Both the position numbers and the translations under genes were made by a program. A DNA stretch of 63,734 nucleotides, filler included, from Octopus bimaculoides (taxonomy: Eukaryota): the NCBI RefSeq assembly GCF_001194135.2. It is 6 parts of 6 records of this genome, joined end to end, with 100 filler letters (N's around TTAATTAATTAA, not from the genome) between each part and the next. Parts side by side here need not be neighbours in the genome. Positions count along the whole stretch, not along the records: positions 34,790 to 54,612 come from NC_068989.1; 5 more parts are not named here. One strand, given 5' to 3'. Within the stretch, counting starts at the first letter, position 1, and every line of letters starts with the position of its first letter. The notes below the pieces were generated by a model. That model did no database searches. It saw only the letters and a list, made by a program, of their open reading frames with translations, and was not told the DNA's origin. Positions 40,633-53,926 of this stretch are shown piece after piece.

Positions 40633-41619
40633 ATAGTCATAAAGGAAGCTGGTAAAAACTTCTGACCGGAAAGTCGAGTATTCTTTATCCACGGATATAT
40701 CTACCTTGGACTGGATTGCTTCCAACTATAATTCCACACAAACTGCTGGAATTAAAACGCAGAATACAAAAGCAACGCACATTATCTTTTACCATATTTT
40801 TTTTTCTTTAACAGCGCTTGTTGGCCAGTGATTGATAAATATATTAAAAAAATACAAACAACATTTTTTTTTTATTCTACATATTTTAAACATATTAGTG
40901 TGTTTTTTTTTCATATTATATCGTTGTTTTGGCTTTACAGCTAAAAATTTATCATTTTATTCTGTGAAGCATTTCTGGCTTCCATTATGGTCAATATATT
41001 TTATTCAGTTTCCGCTTGATTTGCAGTAAATGGTTGCACAAAACATTGCAATAGATGGCTTCTCTTTTGCATTTTGTTCCTGATTGAAATGCTTGATAAG
41101 TCGACTTAAAGGTGTCTCTGTCAATTCAGAGTTACATCACAAAGCGTTTTGTTTTTGTCTGTTTGGTGGGTTGTTTTGTTTTCTGCGAATCAACTGCAAA
41201 ACAAGGTTATTCTTCAGAAAACCAAGTGAAACGTAAATTCGAAAACTGTGTCTGAAAATGAAATGTTATTTGAAGAAACTTTACGGAGTATTTTGTTATT
41301 AGCATAAATAATTGTGGATGACTGTCTTGTCGTTCAGTTTCTTAACGGAGAAAGCAAAGTGTTTGTGACATGCAAAACATAGTCGCATTGGAACGAGGAA
41401 TCTGGGGACAGAAAGAAAACAATAATGAAAGTAGAAAGAGTTAGGTAGGTAGGTAACTTTCTTTTATTAGCCACACAGGGCTACAGACAGCGACAGACAG
41501 ACGACGGACGGATGGATGGATAGACAGACAGATGAGTAGGTAGGTAGGTAGGTAGGTAGGTAGGTAGGTAGGTAGGTAGGTAGGTAGTGAGGGAGGGAGG
41601 GTGATATGTAGGCAGGTAA

Positions 41620-41680
<61 letters not shown>

Positions 41681-41974
41681 AAGATGGACGGAATGAGAAT
41701 GGGGGTGGGAAGTCAGCAGAAAGAATAAGGAAAATAAGTAATGCCATAATTCTATCTCAAGATTTCTCCATCAAAACAGATCAAAATTCTTCAGATTTTG
41801 TTTATTCCTATTTTATTTATGAAACATTTCTTCAATAACATTCGTTCAATAAATACTTTTTCTCAAAGATTAATTAATGGAATTACGTGTGTAATTTAAT
41901 GGCGTAATTATTTCGACAGCAGTTAAAGTAAAGAGAAAAACAAGCATTTATATATATGTATGTAACATGTATGC

Positions 41975-42009
<35 letters not shown>

Positions 42010-42064
42010 TATACATATACGTATATGTGTATATATGTGTATGTATATATATATATATATACAC

Positions 42065-42153
<89 letters not shown>

Positions 42154-42410
42154 TCACTCAGATATTTTGGTAGAAAGCATGTTTTCGAATTAGAAATACT
42201 TTTTACAATTTGAAATATAAAAATCGTCAACGATTTTCCTGAAAATAATTACACCTTCCATTTTCTGAAACCAGAGTTTTTTTTTTTATTCATTCTTTCA
42301 GTTATTGAACTGCACCCATCCTGGGCCATCGTTTTGCAATAGTGTTTTTTTTTGTGGGGTTGGGGTGCTTTTTCAGTGGCCGATCAATCTGAGCTTAGAA
42401 TATATATCCA

Positions 42411-42560
42411 AGTGTGGCTGTGTGGTAAGAAGCTTGCTTCCCAGCTACATGGATGTGGATTTAGTCCACTGGGTGACACCCTGGACAAATGTCTTTAAAT
42501 ATAGCCGCGGCCGAATAAAATCTTTTGAGAGATTTGGAGAGTTGCAGGTTCTGTTTTTGT
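42411..42560 (+). mobile_element. Degraded SINE B 5' half
   Basis: gtggctgtgtggtaagaagcttgcttccc...tttagtccactg...acaaatgtctttaaatatagccgcggccga. Confidence 0.65.
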
Positions 42561-45223
42561 ATAAATTTCATAGAAAGTATTCCGCTTTTACACTCGAACT
42601 GACTTATATGTTTGTATTTGTACTTGCATTGTTAGAAAGATTAAATCTGTTTGATTGTGGTTTGGTGGTGATTTAACCATTACCAAATCCAGTGAAATTC
42701 GGAATACGGTGGCTACTAATCCTCAACCACAGGTGGAAAAATACATACCAGCAGAGTTTTCTCTACAAATGATAGTGAACAGATCTGGTCACCGTTCGAG
42801 GGACACAGCCTTTTGCTGCTCATTACTTTGGCGAACTTCACTTTTTGGGTAAGCACAGGCAGCGGTTAGACAATTTGACACCTATCTGGACTGATGTTAA
42901 GTGCTCTTTGTACCTTATCAACTCGACAATAGACTTCTATATAATAGAAAGGGTGGAATGTTCCCGCTTCCTATTTTCTAAAAAGTGAGTGAAAGGTTAG
43001 AACGATGATGGTCTGAGATAGTCTTATTGATCGAGCTGCAATCCCTGATCAATCACAGATCGAAGCCGAATGTTTGGCACCTGGAATGTTTCCAGACGCT
43101 CAAAACGTTTTGTGACGAGTACAAGTGACATTGACTTGAGAGTGGTTGGCAATGCCAATCTGAGTAGGCTTTTCGAAGATCGTGAATAAATTCCAAATTG
43201 CTCATTTACATCCATGTATTTTTACGGGTGTATCTGATTTAATTCTCTGGGTTTCAGCAGCTGTAACTAATTAAATGCACTCAGTTTTAGATATTTATCC
43301 CCTTCCTATAATCTCTGTTGGCACATTTGTCTGTTGCCATACTTAATTTTTGTCTTGGTTGAATATTATTATCATTATTGTTGTTGTTGTTATCATCATC
43401 ATTATTATCATCGCTAGCATCAAACTATCATCATCTGTAGAATTCTTTAGTTTCTTAATGCATGCTTGACTACGTCTATTCTCGGATATCATTTTTAGTT
43501 TTTGTTTCGTTCTTTCGTATGTATTTTTCTTACGTTCGCAATTTCGTTTTGAGAAAATTGGATATTCAAGAATTTCCAACAGTAACAGTCTTATTTACGC
43601 AACATCACTCAGCTATAAAGTCAAACAGTAATTTAACATAGCATCAGACTATGAATTTCATTTGCAAACATTTGAAGTTGGACAGTTCTACAAATGTGTT
43701 AATAAAAGTCAGCTGACAAATCAAGGAAGTTTAAGATACTTAAACAATGTTTGGAAACATTTATGAATATTGCCGAATATACCTTACAGCTCTCTATGAT
43801 CGATTTAATAAAATTACGTAATATGTTACGATCAATGTAATGCATAATAACTGTACCCTCCTTAAAAAAAGATTTTGTGTATAGCCCAAAGATCATCATT
43901 TATCAAACAGACATAGTGCAACACGTCTAAACATTTGTGAGTTATTCTTCAAAATCGAAAGTATTTTGTGGTCAGTTTTTTATATTTTTATTATTACTTG
44001 CTTGAAGAAAATTGTTAAAGCATAAGAGCAAAATCTTTTAACCTCATAAGAAAAGGTTCTAATGAGCGGAATCTTTCACCTAGCTGATGTCAGCTCTTAT
44101 TACATTCTTGACTTTATCTTCCTATTCGAAATTGTTTTGAACAAGACAGATAACTATGGTTTTCCATCAAAGTTCTTAAGTGCTACAGAAAGTTGAATTA
44201 ATTTTTATGAAGAAAATATACAAATCTACTGTCTACAAGGCTGAAACGAAAAATCCATAATGCACTTCAAAGCGCCCTTTGATGGTTGCTTGTTGATGTT
44301 ACTTTGAATATAAGAGAAAAATTGCAACATTTGTCCTGAAGCAGAACAGTGGAAAGACTATAGCTTTCATTGTTACTAATGGTCAGATTTAGATTTACGA
44401 AAAACCTTCTTAAGACGCTTCTCTCCAACACACATATTCTTTACTACTTACAAAACGTAAACGACTTGGAAGTAAATTTCGAGCACCTAAACTGAGATTA
44501 TTTCTACTTTCTCTATTGATTTGGTCGCATCTGCTTCTTAAGAAGCCGATATATACATTGGACATATTTCATTATAATTTTAGATTTTGTCGCTCTATCG
44601 ATCTGAAAACATTGTTGGAAGAAAAAATAAAGAAACAGAGGAGATACTTTTATTTTTATTACTCTTGTTTTTATAACTATTGGTTGTCTTTCGTTGTTTG
44701 CTTGTTATTATTAGGAAATAATATGAGGAAAATATATGAAAAAAAATATTCACGTCGTTGTTGTTATTGTCTTCGCTAAAAGTTGTTTGTTTGTTTTTCG
44801 GGGCTCTTTTTTTTTTCTTTGAAAGATTTCTTGACCTTTGTGTTATTCTTTTTATTTATGAAAATACTGCGATAAAGTAACACCTGAAAATAACCGCTTA
44901 TACATGAATAAACACTCAAATAATTTCTCCATTTCCTTTACTTGTACTACTGTACGTGTTGAGCTGGGGTAACTGGTCTTCTTACATATTAATTTTATTA
45001 ATAATCATAAGAATACTAATGAAAACGTCATCTTAACATCATATACCTAAATCAAGTGAAACTACTGGAACCTAAACCCCTCCTGCCTATGCTGACAGAG
45101 AGCATTGAATCAATACAGCAATATGAGACCTTCCTAAATTATATAGTGCTGATGTTACGTGCGACGGTGAGCTATATGTATACTAAGATACGTATCGAAT
45201 AGGTATGGATTGAATATTCTTTT

Positions 45224-45558
45224 CTACTCTAGGCACAAGGCTCGAAATTTTGGGGGTGGGGGCCAGTCGATTAGGTCGACCCCAGTACACAACTGGGACA
45301 AACAAGGACAAAGGGATTAAGTCGATTACATCTATCCCAGTGCGTAACTGGTACTTGATTTATCGACCCCGAAAGGATGAAAGGCAAAGTCGACCTCGAC
45401 AGAATTTGAACTCAGAACTTAATGACAGACGAAATATTGCTAAGTATTTCGCACGGCGTGCTTACGTTACGCACTGGGGTCGATGTAATCGACTTAATCC
45501 CTTTGTCTGTCCGTGTTTGTTCCCTCTATGTTTCACCCCCTGTTGGCAATAAAGAAAT
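45224..45558. mobile_element. SINE A minus-strand copy (45224-45463) abutting a plus-strand long-tail 3' half (45464-45558)
   Basis: Minus core as at 2862-3075; plus segment tacgcactggggtcgatgtaatcgacttaatcc...ggcaataaagaaat. Confidence 0.8.
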
Positions 45559-46363
45559 TAAGATTAGTTTAATTTGGAATGTATTGACCAAGGTAAACTC
45601 CCCTGGTTCGGAAAAATCAGTAATAAGCAAAAGCGTTGAAACCAAAGGTTCCGGAAAATTGATTTTTTTACCTGTATATTGTAATTACTTCAGTATTTTC
45701 AGGTTTTGCGACTAGTTATTTAGCTTTATCAAAGAAGATTGAGATTCTGGGTTGATGGAAAATAAAATAATCATAAGTTAAAAACAATTGATCTTCCGTT
45801 GTTCAACTAACAAACTTCTCACTATTCTTTGTAGACAACTATGCACTAAATGGTACCAAAAACAAATTAGTTTATTTAAAAAGGGCGACTCTGTAAGTTT
45901 GTAAATGGTATTGCCAAAGTTACACAAAAGGCTGCGCCGTTCATTCAGACAAAAAATCTATAAGCTAAATAAAGAGAAAAATTTTTTTTCCAGAAGACAA
46001 TGTGTCGTGTAGCCCAGTCTTAGAAGCACTTTTTTTTTCTAGTAGGTTGCTATAGCAACACAATAATTTTACAACGACCGATTTACGAGGCTTGAAATAC
46101 ATCAAATTTCTTTTCAAACGTGAGACAGTTTAAATACAACATTGTTGATAATAATAGATTGTTTGCTTTTAAGGCTTTTCAATAGTGCTTATTGTCGAGT
46201 TAAAAAGAGATAGTAAACACTGCTAAAAAGAGAGATGTGTGGTTAGTGTGATTGATGAGACGAGAAACAATGAATGGCCAAGCTAACTTAAGACTGTCCA
46301 CTATCACATACAAAATGTTGGCACGCTTCAGAAAATTGAGTTAGTATTTTAATCTTCTTTTAG

Positions 46364-46505
46364 GATCAACCTAGGTGACCAGGCACGTGACCACGAATTA
46401 ACTGCCGAACATCAATCTGCCATTGTACATTATCATTCACCAAGTAGTAGAATTAAATGGGAGATCTATGCGAAAGATTCCAACCAAAATGGAACCCCAA
46501 CATAA
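46364..46505 (+). CDS. Candidate terminal coding exon, product unknown
   Basis: Strong acceptor tattttaatcttcttttag|g; only the phase-2 frame stays open, for 46 codons: INLGDQARDHELTAEHQSAIVHYHSPSSRIKWEIYAKDSNQNGTPT*. Confidence 0.3.
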
Positions 46506-46815
46506 AGAATAATTTTATTCTTATTTAGATGTCTTTAAATTTCATACGCGGAGATAATCGATCAGATTATAATGTTATTTATTCACTGTCCGCCACTTTG
46601 CGTGTAACTTGACAGATTTTATAAACAAGTTCATTTGCATATTTATAAACTGATAAATTTAAAACCTTCTAAACTGATAAACTGATTATCAATCGATAAG
46701 TTATCCTAGATTGTATCCAACAGATAAAGGTCACCTGATTGATTGGAGAGGTTCACCAACACAGCTCGACTTCTGACCTAAGACATGCTGTCTCCTCACT
46801 CTCTACATTTTACTA

Positions 46816-47010
46816 TTGTTAAAGTTGGATCCAACAGGGCTGGAAGATCTCGTACCGCCATCAGCCAAGCTCTCCACAATACACTTCACGCTTAAACGCC
46901 ACTCAAACCACTTCACTCAATTATCCTTTTCCAGAACGCCAGTCCTTTGGAATTCCCTTCTGTTCGTATTTTCCAGCAATCGAAGTACTTGCTCGTGAAG
47001 TTAACGTCCA
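46816..47010 (+). mobile_element. Degraded CR1-like LINE ORF2 3' end
   Basis: LEDLVPP...HFTQLSFSRTPVLWNSL resembles the CR1-group C-terminal L..LVPP...SFF.RT..LWNSLP. Confidence 0.55.
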
Positions 47011-48719
47011 AAAGGCATGGTACTCTACAGACACCCGTACCCTTAATGTAGTTCTGAAGAAAATTCAGAGTACATGGAATGGGACAAAAACGGCCCTTTG
47101 AATTACATATACAACTCATTTTTGCAAACTGAGTGGACTTAACTTGTTAATTAGAGATATTATGAAGAGAAACATTTCATTAAAATGAAAGCTGAAATTA
47201 ATTGCAATATGGAGGAAATCCGTGGACCGTTTGTTGTTGTTGTTGTTTGTTTTTGATTTGTGTTTTCTTTTTCATAAAAGAAATATTATAAGTGTTGCCA
47301 TGACAGTAAAGACGATCACAGCTACACATTTACATCACTACAGTTACATCACTTCTACGCTTTATGACCATGTAAACGGAAATAAAGTGACGCGGTGCCT
47401 TTTCCCGGGATTAACGCAATATTAATTCTTAGTTGCAAATTCATGATATTCCTGACACTTTACCGCCATTGTCTTGCAATATAGAATAAATATTAGTTTT
47501 TCATTTGGTTTGTTTAACTATATAATTTAAAGTTTTTGCTCGACATTAACATACACTGGTGATACTATGCAGGAAATATCTGGAGGATGTCCCGCAAGGA
47601 AACACAACGATATATAATATTTTATACGTTTTAATTCTGTATTCTTTTTGGTTCTCTCTACCTCATTTTCTCTCCTTCCTTTCCTTTATCGAATGTGTTT
47701 ACAAAGTTTTCTCAGTCAATTATATTTCCAACATCGCCAGCTAATTTGTTTATTTCCTTTCCGCATCTCTCTAGCAGTTCAATGTTTATATCTCTGTCTG
47801 AAAGTCTGTAGTTTGATTATCAAAGGATTATAGTTTGTTTCATGTATTTTCGTTTCTCCCCCTTTTTTTTTTTTTTTTGCTTTTTCCTTTCTCAAACAAA
47901 AAAAAAGGGGGAGAAATTAAAACAAAAGTATCTTTGTTTTACTTTTATCGTATTTTGTTACGTTAATTTTAAATAATTAATACCAGGAGCAGTTAAGTCC
48001 ACTTCTTGGGTGTGGGTGTTTGTTTGCATGTATAGATGTGTATGTATGCACGTATGTATGTATGTATGCATGTATGTATGTATGTATGCATGTATGTATG
48101 TATGTATGTATGTATGTATTTATATTTCTTTTATTTACATGTATTTTTTGTTGATTCATTGTTAATGTGTTTGCTTTATTTTTAATCAGATTTAGAGTCA
48201 ATAAAAATAAAGACCAAAGAAAGACAACGGTTTGTTTTTCTATTGTTGCTCAAGTTGATTAATTTTGCTGATACACACGAAAATAATGTATATACGCAAA
48301 TAAATACGCGATCGGAAAAGGTTTAGAGTAAGGAAGAGAAGCATAATTTCATGGAGAGAAGGGAAAATATTATGAACTGAAATAATTCATTTTTCTCTAT
48401 ACTCAAAGCCAAATTTCCATAGTGGCTATACACAATACATTGACACTTGTGAATTACAGGTACATACTTTATCCGATCCAATGAAATGGCGATCCAATGA
48501 AATGGCGTACCTATTTAAATTCTGTCTGTACATGTCGAAACTAAATACTTACAACCACAGTATCACTCACAATCTGACATAACTTGACAGTATGTACCGT
48601 GGTTTCACTTATTGTTTTAGGCGCCTGGGTGGGCGTGAGCAGACGTACCCGCACTCTCGATCCTCGTACTTCTGACTCAGTGGAACATCCAGTAAGTGAC
48701 AGATGGAAGGTGAAAGCCA

Positions 48720-48848
48720 TGCACCAGCATTAGGCCAGTACTCATTTTCAGCTTTACTCAACTATATAATCCATTGCCTAGTCCAAGTATCGATCTCACA
48801 ATTTTACGATCGTTAGTCCAACACTCTAATCAATAAGCTATGCACCTT
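48720..48848 (-). mobile_element. Degraded SINE C-like head
   Basis: Minus strand: ggtgcatagcttattgattagagtgttggactaacgatcgtaaaattgtgagatcgatact. Confidence 0.5.
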
Positions 48849-49159
48849 TACAACAGCGCCAATAAAATCTGTACGCTGGCTATTATGACGAAGGTCATGG
48901 ATAAAAAACATAAACACGATTCAAAAGTTCACGTAATCCATAAGCTAGATATCTGGGCAAGCTTACGTTATTTTTGTATATAGTTATATATAGTGAGAAG
49001 AGTACGAGCAATATTTATTTTTTAGGCCGTCAAGACACTTAAGATCGATAGGGTTGAAGTTCAACTGTATGTAGATGTATACCGATAAAAATATATTGAA
49101 ATTATGTTTAGTATGTAATCAAGAGGTGAAGCACACAGGAGGGGGAAATAAGTGCCAGT

Positions 49160-49285
49160 TACATCTCTGAATGTTTCATCCGAATCCATGCAGCGGTTCT
49201 TGAGATATCTTCTCCAAGGACAAACAAACAAACAAACGTGACTGAAAACAATACCTCCGCCTTGGCGAGGGTGGAGGTAATAATT
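49160..49285 (-). mobile_element. Helentron-associated (HINE/DINE-like) element end
   Basis: Minus strand: ttattacctccaccctcgccaaggcggaggtattgttttc + (GTTT)n + gatatctcaagaaccgctgcatggattcggatgaaac. This is the terminal hairpin, microsatellite and conserved-core layout of HINEs. Confidence 0.7.
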
Positions 49286-50052
49286 ATAAAACAACAAAAC
49301 AAAATTTAATGATAATACGGATAATAACCATTTAGAGTTACCCCCACGTATAGGTGGAACTTCACTGTTTAGGCTGGGTGAGACAACCCGTCAATTCTAT
49401 ACTTCCACCAATCTTTTCGGGTGGGGTTGCAACCAAAAACATCCCATAGTATATTTTGTGATGGCCGTGTTATTAAAATCCCAATGTCCTCAAGTACACA
49501 TTCTTTTAAATGCTCGCGGAATGATTGTGAGTTTCCTCATAAGTATCTTGTCTGGTACATGTCTGTATATCACTTCTTTTGGTAATTTGTTTTCCAAGAT
49601 TAATTCCTTATCGTAAATATGACTTCCATGGAGACATAACATGGCCATCAACTGTAGGCTGCTGTTCAGTACAAATGTATAGCACGGTTCGATCTGTGGG
49701 TGGGAGAAACTATTTTCCTATTTATTTCGCCCTTCACGCACTCCCTTCCGATAGTTTGGCAATCTTGTTCAGCTTCCAACTCCTTTCATCACAAATTGAT
49801 GGTGTGATGCTGCTGGTTACTACAGTCGGAAGACAGGGTGCCTACTCTTTTCTTTCCAAGATCGGTCACGAAGTGTGTCCTCTGCCATGTTACGGGCTGT
49901 GGTTGATGATTCCCTGGAAACTGGGACCAGTCGACTTTTTGCTACTTCAGCTATTCCCCACTACTTTATTTCTACTCCTATTCCATAGCCTTCCCAGTTT
50001 TTCAAGAAAAAAGGCCCTTAACTGTTTTTTACGACATGCGTAACAACCAGGT

Positions 50053-50294
50053 ATTTTGCCTTCTACAATCAGTCACATATTGCCTCCAAATGTTGGTAAA
50101 AGGCCAGCAATTTTAGGGTTGGATATTAGTTATTTACATCGATTTCAGTCCTCAACTGGTACTTATTTTATCAACCCTGAAAGAATGAAAGACAAAGGTG
50201 ACCTCAGCAGCATTTGAACTCAGAACTTAAAGAGCCGGAAGAAATACCGGTTGGTATTTTGTCCGACGCGCTAACAATTCTGCCAACTCGCCGC
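50053..50294 (-). mobile_element. SINE A short-tail variant, diverged
   Basis: Minus head gcggcgagttggcagaattgttagcgcgtcgga...gagttcaaatgctgctgagg; core and tail as at 2862-3075. Confidence 0.8.
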
Positions 50295-51396
50295 TTTTTT
50301 CCCTAATGTAGTACTTTTGGAGTCAGCTATTGCTTTATACAACGACCACATACGATAATATTCAAATGACTTAGAGCCGTAGGACTTGAATGAAATTTAT
50401 ATAAACGTATTCGTCGGTACCTGAATATATTTTCTTATGAAAATGTTTATTTAAATATCAAGAAATATATAACAAAATTTATTCATGTATGTATGTTTTA
50501 AATAACTAATTCGTGTTACTTTCCGTAATCACGAAAACATACACGTTTGTTGGTACCTACATATTTTGTTATGAAAAAGTTTATATAAATATTAAGAAAC
50601 GTGCTATAAAATTTATCCATATATTTAGTCTTAAAACTACCAATTCGTGTTAGTTTAAGTCACACACATACACACATACATACATACATATAAATATATA
50701 NNNNNNNNNNNNNNNNNNNNNNNNNNNNNNNNNNNNNNNNNNNNNNNNNNNNNNNNNNNNNNNNNNNNNNNNNNNNNNNNNNNNNNNNNNNNNNNNNNNN
50801 NNNNNNNNNNNNNNNNNNNNNNNNNNNTATATATATATGTATATATGCAAAGCAAGTTTACAAAATCTTGACTAATATTTGTTTCAACTATATTAAGCGT
50901 TTTTTTTAATGCGGTAATGAACAACGGGAACATCTAAGAAAAATATGCGAATTTGCATTTCAGTAACATAAAATTAGCCTACCGAAAATAAATCTGAAAT
51001 GTGAAGAAACGGAAGTATTTTTAATGCAATATATTTTTGCCTTGTCAAAATATGGAGCAAAGGAGTAAAAAAAAAGACCAATAAATTCGTGAGACTTTAA
51101 TGAGATGCCAGCTTACAGAATTATAATCTTCTCATAATATTTTATGACATACAAGCACGCTACAATTATCACGTTATTGGAGCCATTTTACAGCTAGTAA
51201 AAGACTTGTGGGCTCTAGTTTCCTTCTAGCTCATTGAAAATCCGGGCGATGCTATAGAGTTGTAGAGCCTGTATGACTTCGAGCAATCATGTGTTTATTT
51301 ATAAGGATTGAATGACATTCGAATCCCCAAATTTTATTATGAGTACAATGATAAAGGTGGGAAGCTAGCAAAATCGATAGCCTGTCAGAAAAAATA

Positions 51397-51855
51397 CAGG
51401 AGTGGTTGTGTGGTAAGAAGTTCGCTTCTCAACCACATGGTTCCGGGTTCAGTCCCACTGCACGGCACCTTGGGCAAATGCATTTTGCTATGACCTCGGG
51501 CCGACCAAAGCCTTGTGAGCAGATTTGGTAGACAGAAACTGAAAGAAGCCCATCGTATATATATATATATATATATATATNNNNNNNNNNNNNNNNNNNN
51601 NNNNNNNNNNNNNNNNNNNNNNNNNNNNNNNNNNNNNNNNNNNNNNNNNNNNNNNNNNNNNNNNNNNNNNNNNNNNNNNNNNNNNNNNNNNNNNNNNNNN
51701 NNNNNNNNNNNNNNNNNNNNNNNNNNNNNNNNNNNNNNNNNNNNNNNNNNNNNNNNNNNNNNNNNNNNNNNNNNNNNNNNNNNNTGTTCGTTTAAATGTG
51801 TTGCTCCAGCATGGCCGCAGTCAAATGACTGAAACAAGTAAAAGAATAAAAGAAT
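51397..51855 (+). mobile_element. SINE B, full span with a gap over the internal microsatellite
   Basis: caggagtggttgtgtggtaagaag...gggttcagtcccactgc head; tail tgctccagcatggccgcagtcaaatgactgaaacaagtaaaaga. Confidence 0.85.
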
Positions 51856-51875
51856 ATATATATATACATATATAT

Positions 51876-51917
<42 letters not shown>

Positions 51918-52389
51918 ATATGTGCATGTGTGTGTATGTATGCATGTATAGTCAGTAACTTGTATTTTAACAAAAAGTTAGTTAGCGTTATCTATACTTA
52001 TTGTATAAATTGTAATGCATGTCTAGGTACCATATACTTACGTATGCATGTATGTATGTATGTATGTATGTATGTATGTATGAAAGTAGATTAGTTTATA
52101 GATATCTACATATGTGTCTACGCACATACGTAAGATGTGTATTCTCAGTAACTCCAAATAGTTTTCTTTTAAACAAGCATCATTTCAAGTGTTAGTTATA
52201 CAATTCGCCTTTCCAGTTCTATACATTGGAAAACAAGGCAATTAGCCAAGTTTTTCTGCTATCGACAATGGAAGTATGAAACTAAGGCAAGGCCACGCAA
52301 ACTAAGATAAAAGTTCATTCTGATATTCAATCAAATTAGAAACGCAACCATAAACACAACAATACAACAACAACAACAAAAACAACTAC

Positions 52390-52669
52390 AGCCTAAATAA
52401 CATTACGACAGTAGTAATAATAATAATAATAATAATAATAATAGTAGTAGTAATAGCAACAACAACAAAAACAACAATAATCATAATGATAATAACAATA
52501 ACAACAACAATTATAATAATAATAATAATAATAACAATAATAATAATAATAATAATAANNNNNNNNNNAGTAGTAGTAGTAGTAGTAGTAATAATAATAA
52601 TATTAATAATAATAATAAAACGTTCTATTAAAGTGAAGATTTTAGATGATGCTGTAATTATTATTATTA

Positions 52670-52736
<67 letters not shown>

Positions 52737-52817
52737 CATCATATTATTATTATTATGATTATTATTATTATCATCATCATTATCATCATCATATTATTTT
52801 TACTATTATTATTATTA

Positions 52818-52866
<49 letters not shown>

Positions 52867-52887
52867 TATTATTATCATATTATTTTA

Positions 52888-52925
<38 letters not shown>

Positions 52926-52940
52926 GAAATTATTATTCGT
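52390..52940. repeat. (TAA)n/(CAA)n array switching to (TTA)n around a short unique core
   Basis: ata/aca triplets run to about 52617, then a core aaacgttctattaaagtgaagattttagatgatgctgt, then tta/tca triplets. Confidence 0.9.
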
Positions 52941-53568
52941 TTATTTATTTATTCATGTCATGCAAAGATTGGGAAATAAATCTTAAACTCTGGGTAGAGC
53001 GTGAAATTTGAAATGAATCAGGTTCATAATTACTGGGGTAAAAGAAGGGAGATTGGGTGGAACTGGTAAAGAGGAATGGTGTCTGGTGGTATGTGGAGAA
53101 GGGTAGAAGCGTGGAGCAGACTTTTTTGGTAGGAAAGTGGTAACGGGGCCAGCGAAACTTATTTTCTAAACACCCCTGACTACAGCAGAATGGGCCACTT
53201 AGGCATCGATGTACTATTAATAAATTAGTTAGGTAGTAGAGGTGGTGGTGATCCTCGTCGTTGTGGGGAAATGGTAGTGTTTTTTTATTATTATTTTTTT
53301 TTTTTTTGTTTTTTGTTATTTTATTGCTTGTATATGTATGGACATGTTGCTGTTGTTGATGTGGAAGCAATAGGAATCGTGGTTGTTGTTGTTGCCTGTA
53401 CACACCGCTATTGTTGCTGCTATTTGTTGCAGTGTTAATGTTTTTGCTGGTGGCGGTGGTGTTGGTGGTGTTGGTACTGACGTTGGTGCTGGTGGGTGAT
53501 AGTTACTTTTGTATTTTGCGATGGGCTGCTGGCTTTCGTTAAAAGAAAATACAGGAAAATCAGTTAAT

Positions 53569-53925
53569 TACTCTTTTACTTGTTTCAGTCATTTGACTGT
53601 GGTTATGCTGGAGCACCGCCTTTAGTCGAGCAAATCGACCCCAGGACTTATTCTTTGTAAGCTTAGTACTTATTCTATCGGTCTCTTTTGTCGAACCGCT
53701 AAGTTACGGGGACGTAAATACACCAACATCGGTTGTCAAGCGATGTTGGGGGAGACAAACACATACACACATATACATATATATATATACATATATATAT
53801 ACGACGGGCTTCTTTCAGCTTCCGTCTACCAAATCCACTCACAAGGCTTTGGTCGGCCCGAGGCTATAGTAGAAGACACTTGCCCATAGTGCCACGCAGT
53901 GGAACTGAACCCGTAACCGTGTGGT
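53569..53925 (-). mobile_element. SINE B, head truncated
   Basis: Reverse-complement match to 28889-29254. Confidence 0.85.
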
Positions 53926-53926
53926 T

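Noticed and set aside
43050-43190. FGTWNV motif resembling the start of an APE endonuclease
   Set aside because: No downstream APE motifs; a single short match is insufficient.
47853-47917. About 20-bp inverted repeat tttctccccct9 / a9gggggagaaa
   Set aside because: Mostly homopolymer, so not informative.
49579-50043. 154-aa plus-strand ORF
   Set aside because: No domain recognised; the antisense strand has a faint RTE-like trace (PGNHQPQPVTWQRT), so a decayed repeat is more likely.
52945-53250. Minus ORF ending FYPSNYEPDSFQISRST
   Set aside because: Possibly a very old CR1 3' end, but too degenerate to call.
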